From assembly GCA_965203555.1 (NCBI GenBank), contig CBDBCY010000004.1:224001-288000 (forward strand): a stretch of DNA of 64,000 nt. The letters are read 5' to 3'. A model generated the notes under the pieces. That model had not been told where the DNA came from and made no database searches. It worked only from the letters and a program-made list of their open reading frames with translations. This DNA comes from Acidimicrobiia bacterium (GTDB lineage Bacteria > Actinomycetota > Acidimicrobiia > Spongiisociales > ZC4RG35). Shown in pieces: positions 49,094 to 59,518 of the stretch; within the stretch, counting starts at the first letter, position 1, and every line of letters begins with the position of its first letter. The position numbers were made by a program, and so were the translations under genes.

Positions 49094-50236
49094 TCAGGTC
49101 TGCTGACGGCGACTACTCAACTCCACTGCCAGCACCAGACCGGCTGCCACAAGCACAAAGCCCGCCGCTGTCACCCACGCGAAACGGTATGAGAATTGAT
49201 CGATCAAAAGACCGAAGAATGCCGGCCCGATACCGCCTCCGACGTAGAACCCGATCTGGGTCACCCCTGTCGCACGCGCGGGAGCTTTCAGATTCCGGTC
49301 AACCACCGCGTGAGCTAAAAGCCCTGACCAACCCAAGACCCCGCCGAACGAAGTCATGGCGCCGATGAGGACAAGTGTTGGTTGCTCCGTGCTGAGCAGC
49401 AAATACCCTAGGCTGCCAACAGTCAGAAGCCTCACAATGCCAACGTAGCCCTGGGTTGACCGGCGATCGGCTAGCCATCCCCACATGACTCGCATGGCGA
49501 CAGCCGAAGCACCGCCTGCGGAGAGTAGGAACCCGGCGGAAGCTGCGCCGATGCCTGTTGCGACTGCGAAGGAGACCAGGAAGGCGCTAAGCGCGGAACC
49601 GCTGGCCATCGCCAGAATGGTTGCCAATACCAGCACGATGAGTTCTTTCGGGGGACTGCCTCCGGCATCTTTTGCAGGAGGGTCTTTGAACCCGGTGAAT
49701 GACTTCGGCAGCCATACCCACAGGAGAGTCGCTCCGCCTGCGGCGATGGCGAAGGCCCAGCGCCATCCGATCGTCACGGCAACCGCCGGCACCGCCAATC
49801 CCGCCAACAAGGCGGCCAGCGGAATGGCCGCGTGCTTGATGCCCAGTACCGTGGCCCGGTTGCGCGCAGGCACGGTTCGCGTGATGAAAAGATTCGTGGA
49901 AGTCTGCGCCAGAGCGAACCCCAGCCCGGTGCCGATCAGGAAGCCTGCGTACAGGACGGGACTTCTCCCGCCCAGAGCGATACCGACCAGGGATAGGAGA
50001 GTGAGAGTCACAGCCCATCGCATTGACATCGCCGGGTGTCTCTCGGCAACTCGGCCCAGGGTCGGCGACGCCAGAGCAGAGCTGGCATGGAACGCGCTCA
50101 GCATTATGCCGAATCCGGCAGGACCGAGACCGAATTCGGCGCGAATCTGAACCCCCATGGCGCCGGTCAGGAACACCGGTACGGCAGCGAGCGCCACCAC
50201 GCTCGAGGCGACTGCGGTAACCCGGGCCCGCCTCAT
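49094..50236 (-). CDS. MFS transporter
   Basis: About 12 hydrophobic segments; LGRVAER and WGWLADRR motif-A-like loops. Confidence 0.88.
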   Translation of the reverse strand: MRRARVTAVASSVVALAAVPVFLTGAMGVQIRAEFGLGPAGFGIMLSAFHASSALASPTLGRVAERHPAMSMRWAVTLTLLSLVGIALGGRSPVLYAGFLIGTGLGFALAQTSTNLFITRTVPARNRATVLGIKHAAIPLAALLAGLAVPAVAVTIGWRWAFAIAAGGATLLWVWLPKSFTGFKDPPAKDAGGSPPKELIVLVLATILAMASGSALSAFLVSFAVATGIGAASAGFLLSAGGASAVAMRVMWGWLADRRSTQGYVGIVRLLTVGSLGYLLLSTEQPTLVLIGAMTSFGGVLGWSGLLAHAVVDRNLKAPARATGVTQIGFYVGGGIGPAFFGLLIDQFSYRFAWVTAAGFVLVAAGLVLAVELSSRRQQT

Positions 50237-50357
50237 TCAAGCACGGCAGAGGGTACTGTGGGCGTACCCTTCGGGTCCGGTCACTCCGTAATGGCGATGC
50301 CGACTCACGACCGTACACCCTCTTCGTGTGAGGGTGACATGACACGCCCCAAGGATT

Positions 50358-51173
50358 TCACTCCATGTGGCTGGCGAAGTAGACCCGCTCGGCGGTAGCC
50401 CCCAAGACCGAGGCCATCTCGTCAGCGTTCAGCAAGCGCCCAAGGTACTCCCGCAGGTACCCGAACACGTTGGAATAACCTTCCCAATCCGAGCAGCGAG
50501 GGTGGTCGGAACCGACCATTACCCGATCCGGCCCGAAAGCATCCACAGCCATGTCGATGAAGGGTGGGATAGCGTCAAAGTCATATGGTGGACTGCGGTG
50601 AGGGACCGGTCTGGGAACGAACTCGCCGAGTCCAGGCAGTTTCAAATAGACGTTGTCGTAGCGATGTAGCGCCAGGATCCGCTTGAAGTCGGCGTAAGGA
50701 GGATCCGGGTCATTGGCGACGAACCCGAGATGTTCGACGACAAATGGCATCTGCGGAAAGCGTTCCACCAATTCGGTGAAATCGTCGGACACGAATCCCT
50801 TCATGGCGTCAGGGCCATGAAGAGCCCACAGGTCCACCAACATGCCCAACGTGTTCGCCTTCTTCCAAACAGCGAGCGGATCTTTGCCTGCCGACCTCTG
50901 CATCGGTTTGAGCCGGACCCCTATCACACCCACGCCGGCCCAGTATTCGAGCTTCTCCAGGCAGTCTGGTGCGGAAGTGTCGACCGCGCCCACGATCGCA
51001 AACCGCCCCGGGAATCGATCGGAACACTCGACGAGATAGCTGTTGTCATAGTTGGTGGACAGCTGGACCAATACAGCTTTGTCGACATCGGCCCGCGCCA
51101 TCTGGAACAGGAGTACCTCAACCGGTTCAAACCATGTGTCGAGCACATGGCAGTGGGTGTCTACGGTAAGCAT
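50358..51173 (-). CDS. Amidohydrolase_2 family protein (lactonase-like)
   Basis: VDTHCH, DKAVLVQ, GVRL, VVEHLG, NVYLKL and FGPDRVMVGSDHP. Confidence 0.88.
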   Translation of the reverse strand: MLTVDTHCHVLDTWFEPVEVLLFQMARADVDKAVLVQLSTNYDNSYLVECSDRFPGRFAIVGAVDTSAPDCLEKLEYWAGVGVIGVRLKPMQRSAGKDPLAVWKKANTLGMLVDLWALHGPDAMKGFVSDDFTELVERFPQMPFVVEHLGFVANDPDPPYADFKRILALHRYDNVYLKLPGLGEFVPRPVPHRSPPYDFDAIPPFIDMAVDAFGPDRVMVGSDHPRCSDWEGYSNVFGYLREYLGRLLNADEMASVLGATAERVYFASHME

Positions 51174-51190
51174 CGGAGTGACTATTCAGG

Positions 51191-52189
51191 TCACCAGCCC
51201 TGCGCGAGGAAGTCGATCAGTGCCTTGTCGGCCGCGGCATAGAGACAATCCACCCCTGCACCTTCGTAGGCGCGCAACCGCTCTCTCACCTCATCTTCGT
51301 TCCCGTAACATCCGATGTTCTCGATGATCTCGTCGGGAATGAGCTTGGACGCCTCCACAATGGAGCTTGGGCTCGCCGGCCAACCGCCCACTACGTCTCG
51401 GATTCGATCAGCCAACTCCGGTTCGATTCCGGTGGGTCCCGCAACGTGTGCCTGCTGCGCGATGAACTGTGTGACGATTACCTTGTCCTTGGCGATGGCG
51501 GTCGGCTTGTCGTTTGTGAGGCGAATGGTGCATGGCTGCACGATATCTATGTCGTCGAGGCTGCGGCCTGCCGCCTCGGCTCCCACCCGTACCTGCTGAA
51601 CCTCGTTCCGCGTGGCCTCAACCGTGTGACTGCTGTTCAGGACCACACCGTCGGCAATGCGACCGGCCAGTCTGAGCATCTGCGGTCCGACGGCGGCCAG
51701 GTAGATCGGAACCTGGTGCGGACCGGTTGCGTTGTGGTCGAGGAACACATCGTTGAACCGTACATATTCGCCCTCATAGGTGACCGGTTCCCTGCGTTCA
51801 AGCAGAAGTCGAATAGCTTCGAGATATTCACGAGCCGCTCGGATGAGTTTGGTCCCGCGGTCAATGCCGACCTTGGTGGCGATCGGGTCCCACCATACGC
51901 CCAGACCGAGAATCATCCTCCCCGGCGCAAGGAAGTCCAAGGTGGCAAGAGTCTGTGCGATTAGGGCCGGATTGCGAGTAAAGACGGGGAGCACCCCGCA
52001 TCCGACCCTGATCCTCTCCGTGCTCGCCGCATATACGGCCATCGGAGTTATCGCATCAGTGGTGAGACGCCCCTCAGCAATCCAAATACAATCCACGCCG
52101 GCGTCATCAGCGTATTGAGCCAGATCGATATTGTTGCGAATTCCGGCGCCCGGTAGCTTGATTCCGAATCTCTTGGGTACGTCCTTCAT
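51191..52189 (-). CDS. LLM-class oxidoreductase, Mer-like, probably F420-dependent
   Basis: WIAEGRLTTDAITP, TRNPALIAQTLATLD, GRMILGLG and PIYLAAVGPQMLRLAGRIADG. Confidence 0.88.
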   Translation of the reverse strand: MKDVPKRFGIKLPGAGIRNNIDLAQYADDAGVDCIWIAEGRLTTDAITPMAVYAASTERIRVGCGVLPVFTRNPALIAQTLATLDFLAPGRMILGLGVWWDPIATKVGIDRGTKLIRAAREYLEAIRLLLERREPVTYEGEYVRFNDVFLDHNATGPHQVPIYLAAVGPQMLRLAGRIADGVVLNSSHTVEATRNEVQQVRVGAEAAGRSLDDIDIVQPCTIRLTNDKPTAIAKDKVIVTQFIAQQAHVAGPTGIEPELADRIRDVVGGWPASPSSIVEASKLIPDEIIENIGCYGNEDEVRERLRAYEGAGVDCLYAAADKALIDFLAQGW

Positions 52190-52226
52190 CAAGTTACGCT
52201 TTTTCAAGCTCAACAGTGACTGGTTG

Positions 52227-53972
52227 TCATGGCCGGAGGGTCTCGAAGTTCACCGCCGCTATAGAACCGTTGGTTGGTGACCAACTGCCTATCCGAGGAC
52301 CCTTACCCCAAATCATGTCTGTAGTGGCGATGGGAAGCACCGCGTAGGTGTCGTAGATCAGGCTGACGGCATTGCCGGCCAGTTCCGCTCTCCTCCCCGG
52401 GTCAACTTCAGATCGGTATTGGCTGTAGATGTCGTCCAGTTCAGGATCGCCGAAGGCCGCGTAAAAGCCACCGACGTCCTTGCTGACGACCCCGATCCTC
52501 AGGGCGTTTTCCGTGGTCGTCCCGGCTGTGACGAACCAAAGGTGCGTGAAGGGCTCGGTGAAGTACGGGGCCTCGAGGAAATTCGGGCGGATGGTTGCGA
52601 AGTCGGTGGGCCTCAGCTGCGGGCTAAGCCCGGCTATGGTCCAAAAGGCCGCTACAGCTTCCTGTATCTGCGGGAACTCCGGCGTTGCGCCGAACGCGTA
52701 TTGGTACATCGTGATCTCCTGGCCGACCAGCCCCAGATCTTGAATTGCCTGCGCGGCGGCCGCGGGATCGTACGCGTATGGCGTCAGGCTGGGGTCGTGC
52801 CCCTCCTGGCTCGGAACCGCAGCGAAGCTGGCGGCTGGAGTGGCTGTCCCCTCGGGGTAGATGGCGGATACGATCGCTGCGACATCAACCGCTTTGATCA
52901 GAGCTTCGCGGGCAGCTTGGTTGTTGTAGAAGAACTCGGTCTTCCAGGGCATACCAAACGCCATGCTCAATGTCTGGACGCGTTTGGGCCCGGCAATCTC
53001 CAGGCCGGCCGCCAACACGTCGGGGGCCGTGAACGGGTCCATCAACGCAAGGTCGGCGTCTCCGCGCTCGAGCAGAGCCAATCGGCTGGTCGCTTCGGGA
53101 GCGAGGACTATGCGAAGGGTCTCGAATCCGGGTACCCGGTCGGGGTTCCAATACTCGGTGTTCGCCTTGAACTCGACGAACTCTCCAATGGCGCGATCGC
53201 TGAAGACATAGGGTCCGCTTCCGAGAGGATTGGCGTTGAACCCGTCGGCGCCCCCCACTGCTTCCCAATGGTGTTTCGGGATGATGGCAAGAGTGTCATT
53301 CACTCTGGTCAGGTCCCTGAGGAACAGGGCGTTCGGCTCCTTGAAGGTCACTTCCAGGCTGTATGTGCCCGTGACAATGGCAGAGTCGAAGTTCTTCTGC
53401 ATCTTTCCACAGGAGGTGCAGGCAGCGTTCTCGCCCGCGTACAACTCGAAGCTGAAGGCGACGTCCTCGGCGGTGACCTCCACGCCGTCGTGGAATGTCA
53501 TGCCCTCTCGGAGTGTGATCGTCCAGACCTTGGCGTCCGGGGAGGATTCGACAGCCGTGGCTGCACCGGTCTCGGTGGTCGGGTTTCCGTTGGCATCCAT
53601 ACCCAGGAGGAAATCAAAGGAGTTGCCCCAGTACGGCAGGTCGGGGTTGGAGGACCGGGTCGGATCAAGTAGTTCATTGCCGAAGGTTGGAATCGCGACG
53701 GTCACGGTCCCCGTGGGAACAACTTCCGGTGCGCCAAGGGTGGTAGACGTCGTTGCAGTCGGCGCCTCGGTCGTCGTGGTAGCCGGCGCCTCGGTCGTCG
53801 CGGGCGATTCTTCGGTTGTGGCCTCCGCCGCGGTGGTAGGTGCAGCGGTAGTCGGTGCTTGGGTTTGGGCGGTTGTAGTGGCGGCGGAGGTCGGGGGCGG
53901 GTCCGTATCACCGCCTCCACAAGCAGCGACTATAACCAGGAGAAAGGTAAGGAGAGACAGGTACCGTCTCAT
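52227..53972 (-). CDS. Family 5 ABC substrate-binding lipoprotein
   Basis: Lipobox VAAC, Thr-rich linker, WTITLREGMTFHDG.EVTAEDVAFSF and PLGSGPY. Confidence 0.92.
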   Translation of the reverse strand: MRRYLSLLTFLLVIVAACGGGDTDPPPTSAATTTAQTQAPTTAAPTTAAEATTEESPATTEAPATTTTEAPTATTSTTLGAPEVVPTGTVTVAIPTFGNELLDPTRSSNPDLPYWGNSFDFLLGMDANGNPTTETGAATAVESSPDAKVWTITLREGMTFHDGVEVTAEDVAFSFELYAGENAACTSCGKMQKNFDSAIVTGTYSLEVTFKEPNALFLRDLTRVNDTLAIIPKHHWEAVGGADGFNANPLGSGPYVFSDRAIGEFVEFKANTEYWNPDRVPGFETLRIVLAPEATSRLALLERGDADLALMDPFTAPDVLAAGLEIAGPKRVQTLSMAFGMPWKTEFFYNNQAAREALIKAVDVAAIVSAIYPEGTATPAASFAAVPSQEGHDPSLTPYAYDPAAAAQAIQDLGLVGQEITMYQYAFGATPEFPQIQEAVAAFWTIAGLSPQLRPTDFATIRPNFLEAPYFTEPFTHLWFVTAGTTTENALRIGVVSKDVGGFYAAFGDPELDDIYSQYRSEVDPGRRAELAGNAVSLIYDTYAVLPIATTDMIWGKGPRIGSWSPTNGSIAAVNFETLRP

Positions 53973-54350
53973 GATCAGTGCTCCATTTCGGGATCTTGTC
54001 AACCGAACCCTAATAGCGGCAGTCGGATCATGCCCGTACACGATGCTTCTATTTTTCCAAAGCGGTATTCATCCGCTCTTCGAAGGTCCCTTTTGAAAAC
54101 CGGGAAGCCGGTGTTGGTATCGGAACATGGTCTTGGTGCTTGGCCGGTCGGTGTCGGTGTACCGCTGTGCTGGCGCGTGTTGTGTGCTGTTGGTGGACCA
54201 GACTTCGAAAACCCGTCGGCATCGGTTTTGTGACCGTGGTCGGGTGAGGTGAACAGCAAGGCTTGGCAATGATCCCCGGCCGCACGAAGCCGCCTTTGGC
54301 CAGGTTCCGATTCGGTCGCGCCTGGTGGCTCCGCTGGGTACTATCGTCGT

Positions 54351-55352
54351 ATGTCCGAGTGCAGCTTTGCTGTGATTCTGCCGAGTAATCACATCAGGGA
54401 AGCGATTCCATTGGCCAAGTTGGCGGATGCCGAGTCTGTCGATTCGCTCTGGACCATCGAAACGCGGCTGACAGGAGATGCGATCACCCCACTTTCGGTG
54501 TACGCAGCCAATACAGCCCGGATCCGCGTGGGTACGGCCGGGCTCCCGATTTGGACACGGCATCCCGCCCTGATTGCTCAGACATTCGCGACACTTCATG
54601 CGCTGGCGCCCGGCCGAGTAGTACTCGGTCTGAGCGCCTGGTGGAACCCGTTGGCGACTCGCGTAGGCCTTGGCCTGAAGAAGCCTGTTAGAGCCATGCG
54701 GGAGGTTATCGAATCGATCCGACTCCTTTTTACTGCAGAAGGTCCCGTAAGTTATGCCGGCGAATTTGTTCGGCTACGGGAGGTGCGGCTGGAGAACCGG
54801 CCTGATGACATGGACAAGATTCCCATCTACATAGGTGCAGTAGGCCCTCAGCTTCTGCGTTTGGCAACCCGCGTGGCGGATGGCATCGTGTTGAACGGCG
54901 GTCATACCGTGGCGGTAACGCGCCGCGAGGTCGAGGTCATCCGCGAGGAGGCGAAGAGGATAGGCCGCCCCTATGACGAGATTGACATTCTCAAGATGCT
55001 CCGGATCCGTGTCGATAACAACAAGAAGAGGGCGATTGCAGGACACAAACCGGAAGTTGCGCGGTACATTGCCGAACAAGCTCACATCGCCCGGTCCTCT
55101 GAAGCTGACCCTCGGCTGGTAACCCGCCTAAGATCGATGATGTCCTGGCCTTCATCCGAGAGCGAGGCCATTAGGGCAGCTGACCTGATCCCGGCTGGTC
55201 TCGTGGAAAGCCTCGGGTGTTACGGTGACCACCAAGAGGTGCGCGCCAGGATCCGTGAGTACATGGCGGCTGGAGTCACGATGCCTCTGCTGGTACCCGA
55301 TAACATCACGTATATGCGCCGAGCAGTGGACCTGATGTTGGAAGGCTGGTGA
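54351..55352 (+). CDS. Second LLM-class oxidoreductase, paralogue of 51191-52189
   Basis: ETRLTGDAITP, TRHPALIAQTFATL and PIYIGAVGPQLLRLATRVADG. Confidence 0.88.
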   Translation: MSECSFAVILPSNHIREAIPLAKLADAESVDSLWTIETRLTGDAITPLSVYAANTARIRVGTAGLPIWTRHPALIAQTFATLHALAPGRVVLGLSAWWNPLATRVGLGLKKPVRAMREVIESIRLLFTAEGPVSYAGEFVRLREVRLENRPDDMDKIPIYIGAVGPQLLRLATRVADGIVLNGGHTVAVTRREVEVIREEAKRIGRPYDEIDILKMLRIRVDNNKKRAIAGHKPEVARYIAEQAHIARSSEADPRLVTRLRSMMSWPSSESEAIRAADLIPAGLVESLGCYGDHQEVRARIREYMAAGVTMPLLVPDNITYMRRAVDLMLEGW

Positions 55353-55434
55353 CATGATGTACTCAAGCTGCACACCGCGCCGGAACAATACGGTCGACTA
55401 GCCATCCACGGACGCGGTATCAAAGAGCGCTGCT

Positions 55435-56391
55435 GTGCTTGAAGTCACCAACCTTCAGGTCCATTTCACAACGAGACAGGGAACCGGGCGAGCCGTCGAC
55501 GGTGTTTCCTTTAAATTGGAGCGAGGCGAGACGTTGGGGTTGGTCGGCGAGTCGGGATGCGGCAAGAGTGTCACCGCCCTCTCGATCATCGGGCTACATC
55601 CAAGGCCTGCTTCAAGAGTTGTTGGCGGTGAGATAGAACTGGATGGGGAGTCCATTCTCGGTCTTTCGAATCGGGAGATGCGTAAGGTTCGAGGAGAACG
55701 TATTTCGATGATCCTCCAGGATCCCTTGACGTCGCTGAACCCGGTTCTCACGATTGGCAAGCAGGTGGGCGAACCGCTGCAGTTGCATCGCAACATGGAC
55801 AGGTCGGCGTCGCGCAACCGGGTGATCGAGTTGCTTCGTCAGTTACACATCCCCGAACCCGAGTCGAAGCTCGATGATCATCCCCACCAGTTCAGCGGTG
55901 GAATGCGTCAGAGAGTGGTGGGTGCGATCGCGTTGGCCGCAGACCCTGATCTACTTATTGCGGACGAACCAACCACCGCGCTGGATGTTACGCTCCAGGC
56001 TGCTTTTCTCGCTCATCTGAAGGCGATACAGAGAGAACGAGGTCTTGCGATTCTGTTCATCACTCATGACTTCAGCATCATCGCCAAGATGTGTGACAGG
56101 GTGGCTGTCATGTACGCAGGAAGGATTGTCGAGACTGGACCCACGGCTAAGCTGCTTTCCTCTCCAGAACACCCTTACACGCAAGCCCTCCTTGAATCCG
56201 TTCCGTCTGTCGACCGGGGCAGAAAGCGGCTCAATTCCATCAGGGGGAGTCCACCGTCTATCTACGATCTGCCGAAGGGATGCACTTTTGAACCGCGGTG
56301 CTCGTACGCCATGGACCGCTGCGGAGAGTCCTATCCTCTTCGATTCGACATCGCCGACGATCACTCAGTGAGTTGTTGGCTGCTGGAATGA
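55435..56391 (+). CDS. Dpp/Opp-type ABC ATPase D
   Basis: GESGCGKS, FSGGMRQR, IADEPTTALD, HPYT and a C-terminal Cys motif. Confidence 0.93.
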   Translation: MLEVTNLQVHFTTRQGTGRAVDGVSFKLERGETLGLVGESGCGKSVTALSIIGLHPRPASRVVGGEIELDGESILGLSNREMRKVRGERISMILQDPLTSLNPVLTIGKQVGEPLQLHRNMDRSASRNRVIELLRQLHIPEPESKLDDHPHQFSGGMRQRVVGAIALAADPDLLIADEPTTALDVTLQAAFLAHLKAIQRERGLAILFITHDFSIIAKMCDRVAVMYAGRIVETGPTAKLLSSPEHPYTQALLESVPSVDRGRKRLNSIRGSPPSIYDLPKGCTFEPRCSYAMDRCGESYPLRFDIADDHSVSCWLLE

Positions 56392-57407
56392 ACCACCCCG
56401 ACCCCATCATCGGCGTCAGAGACCTCAAAAAGCATTTTCCAATTCGTAGTGGAAATCTGCTGCCACGGAGGGACAGCAAGGTTGTTCGTGCTGTGGATGG
56501 TGTGACATTCAACCTGTATGCACGAGAAACCCTGAGCCTGGTTGGCGAATCCGGATCAGGCAAGACGACCACTGCCCGTATGATCCTGCGGCTCCTTACC
56601 CCTACGTCCGGCCGTGTCGTCTTCGAGGGGGAAGACGTGGCGAAGTTGCGGGGCGCCGAGCTAAGACACTATCGGGCATCGGTTCAGGCGGTGTTCCAGG
56701 ACCCTTGGAGTTCTCTCAATCCCCGCAAACGAGCTGAATCGATCATTGCTGAACCGATAGTCATCAACCAACCGTTGCCGAAGGCGGATCTTCGGGTTCG
56801 TGTTGAGGAACTTCTTGCGGCCGTTGGGCTTGGTCCCACTGTCATGAGGCATTACCCACATGAGTTCAGCGGCGGGATGCGTCAGCGCATTGCGGTTGCC
56901 CGTGCACTGGCGCTCAATCCATCCGTCATCATCCTTGACGAGCCCGTCTCAGCACTCGATGTCTCGATCCGGGCGCAGATCATGAACCTCCTCCGTGATC
57001 TCCAAGAGCGCTTCCATATCTCGTATCTACTCATCGCTCACGACCTGGCGACCGTTCGCTATCTGAGCGACAGAGTGGCTGTGATGTATCTCGGAAGACT
57101 GGTGGAGGTGGCTCCTTCAGAAGAGCTATTCGAAAACCCGCTGCATCCTTATACCCAGGCGCTAATCGCTGGGTCACGCTCGACGACAATGGTGGATGAA
57201 GAAGCAGCGCGTCTTCTGGCTTCCGACATACCGTCGCCTGTCAAGCCCCCCTCCGGCTGTGCCTTCTATGCCCGCTGTCCGGTCTCGGTAGCAGCAAGAA
57301 GCGACGACCCCATCTTCTACGAAAGAACCGTAACCGAGAGACCAGAACTCATTGAAGTCCGACCTGGTCACCTGGTGGCCTGCCATCAATTCGATCCCGA
57401 GGATTGA
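56388..57407 (+). CDS. Dpp/Opp-type ABC ATPase F
   Basis: GESGSGKT, FSGGMRQR, LDEPVSALDVSIRAQI and HPYT; ATGA overlap with the upstream gene. Confidence 0.93.
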   Translation: MNHPDPIIGVRDLKKHFPIRSGNLLPRRDSKVVRAVDGVTFNLYARETLSLVGESGSGKTTTARMILRLLTPTSGRVVFEGEDVAKLRGAELRHYRASVQAVFQDPWSSLNPRKRAESIIAEPIVINQPLPKADLRVRVEELLAAVGLGPTVMRHYPHEFSGGMRQRIAVARALALNPSVIILDEPVSALDVSIRAQIMNLLRDLQERFHISYLLIAHDLATVRYLSDRVAVMYLGRLVEVAPSEELFENPLHPYTQALIAGSRSTTMVDEEAARLLASDIPSPVKPPSGCAFYARCPVSVAARSDDPIFYERTVTERPELIEVRPGHLVACHQFDPED

Positions 57408-57599
57408 AAGGATGTGGGCGGAAGAGGTTCTTTCCGACTGGTGTAATCACTGTTCATGAGTCGGTATCTTCAGGAGTTCTGGCCGCTACGTTGAGTGACG
57501 ATCGTTGGCCCGTTAGGACCACTCCAGTGAAGGGTGCCTACGAGGTCAAGATCAGAGGCCAGTTTTGATATCTTCCATGCTGGCCACTCCCTCCCATTT

Positions 57600-57795
57600 T
57601 CCCAGGGAACAGCAACCCAGAACCTGCCCAGCCGGTAAAGCCGCGTCGATCGGTCCGAAAGGATGGGCTCGGTTCGGGAAAGCCTGCACCGATTGTCCTC
57701 TCCGCAGTCGCTGTACCGCCTACAGAACAGAACGAACAAATACGGATACACCCCACGACCGATTACTGGTCCGAGCCTGCCGACAAATGAAAACA
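57600..57795 (+). mobile_element. Transposase remnant, IS1182-like
   Basis: TCPAGK...ARFGKACTDCPLRSRCT...PHDRLLVRA resembles the Cys-rich insertion domain of IS1182-family transposases. Confidence 0.6.
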
Positions 57796-58084
57796 TCGAG
57801 AGACTCGCCGCCGGCTAGTTCGCCGCCCTGGACAGCCCCGTTGCCCATCGCTCAGGTAATGCTCCCCGTCATTGGGTCGGTTCTGTGGTCACCCCTGTCC
57901 CGGTGGGTTATGTTTTCCGCGGTTTTTCCACGGACGGCTTTGGGGTGGGTCCAGGTGCTGTGGCGGCTCCAGCAGTGCTGGTTGGGGTTCTACACCCTCA
58001 GTTTCTTTCCGCAGTTGATGCACAGACGCCCGTGAAGGTAGGTAGGGGCCGGTCGCCGAGCGGCTCGGGCCACTTCTCCTCGTA

Positions 58085-59518
58085 TCATCCGGCTGGTTCT
58101 ATTTCTTGGATTGTGAGGATGTACGAACCGGCGCTGTAGCCCTCGACGTGTACGGAGTAGGTACCGGTGGCCGGCGCTTCCCAGACCAGAAGGGATGACA
58201 GATCTTCGAGGTCTTCGTGGTCGTCGTTCCAGGCGAGCTGGTCCCCGTTGGAGTGAACGGAGACAATCGAGTCGGTGAGAGTGCCCAGTTCCACTCTTAT
58301 CTGGTACGTCTGGTTCTCGGTGGCTTCGAACACAAACACGTCGATATCGTCTCTGTATTCCAACCGTCCCTGGAGGGGGTGTTCCACCTCGACCGGAGAC
58401 CCGGCGTCGCCCGGATCCGGGTAGTCATCGATGTCCGAATCGAGAACCACAGTGTATGAGCCGTCGCTGTCCGCGGACACCCCGATGTAGTAGTCGCCGC
58501 TGGCCACCGGTTTCATAGACAACAAGTATCCGTCGCTCCGCCAGTCGCTGAACTCCACTTGAACCCCGTCGGCGTTGTAAACGGTCACAATGGGACTGAT
58601 AAGCGAATCCACATCGATCCTGTAGATCAAACCCTTCACCGCTTCGAACACGAACATGTCTACGTCGCCGGAGTATTCGATCACCCCATCTGCGGTCTCT
58701 CCCACGCCCACCCGGGAAACCTCGCTGTCTATCCGATCCGGATGGTCGTCCACAACATCGGACAACTCCACGATCACCATGTAAGTGCCGGCGCCATAGC
58801 CCTCCACCGCGATGTAGTAGTCACCACCGGTTGGCGCCCGCCAGACCAGCTGCGACGCCAAGGACCCGTCATAATCGTCGTTCGATCCCAATACGGTCTC
58901 GTCCTGGTCGTAAATGGTGAGAAACGAATCTCCCAAAGTGCCAAGGTCAACGCTTACCCTGTACAACCCGTTCTCCTCAGCTTGAAACACAAACACATCG
59001 ACATCGTCGGCATAATCCAGCACACCCTCAACGGCCTCTCCCACACCAACACGAGCCGAGGCATAAACCGGCAACTCAGGAAGACACCTCAAAAAGGGCG
59101 CCTCCAACTCGAAAAAACCAGTGTCCCTCTGGAAAAAGTTGTAAGCAACCAACTCGGAAGCAAGGGCGGATATCAAATCGGCCACGTCCATCTCAGCAAC
59201 CGACTCCTCCAAACAAGCAACCAACAGATTGATCGCGGCGAGGTCCGGACGCAGACGCTCCGGAAAAGGAATAGTCGTAGTAGTAGTCGGCGGCGGAGCC
59301 GTGGTGGTGGATGTGGTGGACGTCGGCAACGTCGTGGTGGACGTCGGCAACGTCGTGGTGGTGGTCGGCGTCGTGGTGGTTGTAGCTGCAGGCAAGGACG
59401 TCGTGGAAACCGTCTCGGGTCCCGTGCTGTCCTCATCACCACACGCCGACAACAACACGACAACCGCCAACAACAAACCAACCCCCACAAGCCGCCGGTC
59501 AAGGAACGAAGATCGCAT
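58085..59518 (-). CDS. Surface lipoprotein with Thr-rich stalk and three PPC-like repeats
   Basis: Lipobox LSAC; three G.(L/I)(D/E)Y..D.D.FVF.A.....Y.(I/V).V units; NDDY/NDDH and Y.I.VEGY..G.Y motifs. Confidence 0.82.
   Translation of the reverse strand: MRSSFLDRRLVGVGLLLAVVVLLSACGDEDSTGPETVSTTSLPAATTTTTPTTTTTLPTSTTTLPTSTTSTTTAPPPTTTTTIPFPERLRPDLAAINLLVACLEESVAEMDVADLISALASELVAYNFFQRDTGFFELEAPFLRCLPELPVYASARVGVGEAVEGVLDYADDVDVFVFQAEENGLYRVSVDLGTLGDSFLTIYDQDETVLGSNDDYDGSLASQLVWRAPTGGDYYIAVEGYGAGTYMVIVELSDVVDDHPDRIDSEVSRVGVGETADGVIEYSGDVDMFVFEAVKGLIYRIDVDSLISPIVTVYNADGVQVEFSDWRSDGYLLSMKPVASGDYYIGVSADSDGSYTVVLDSDIDDYPDPGDAGSPVEVEHPLQGRLEYRDDIDVFVFEATENQTYQIRVELGTLTDSIVSVHSNGDQLAWNDDHEDLEDLSSLLVWEAPATGTYSVHVEGYSAGSYILTIQEIEPAG
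59313..59354. repeat. Tandem 2 x 21-bp in-frame repeat in the lipoprotein stalk
   Basis: gtggtggacgtcggcaacgtc twice, encoding TLPTSTT-type units. Confidence 0.85.
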
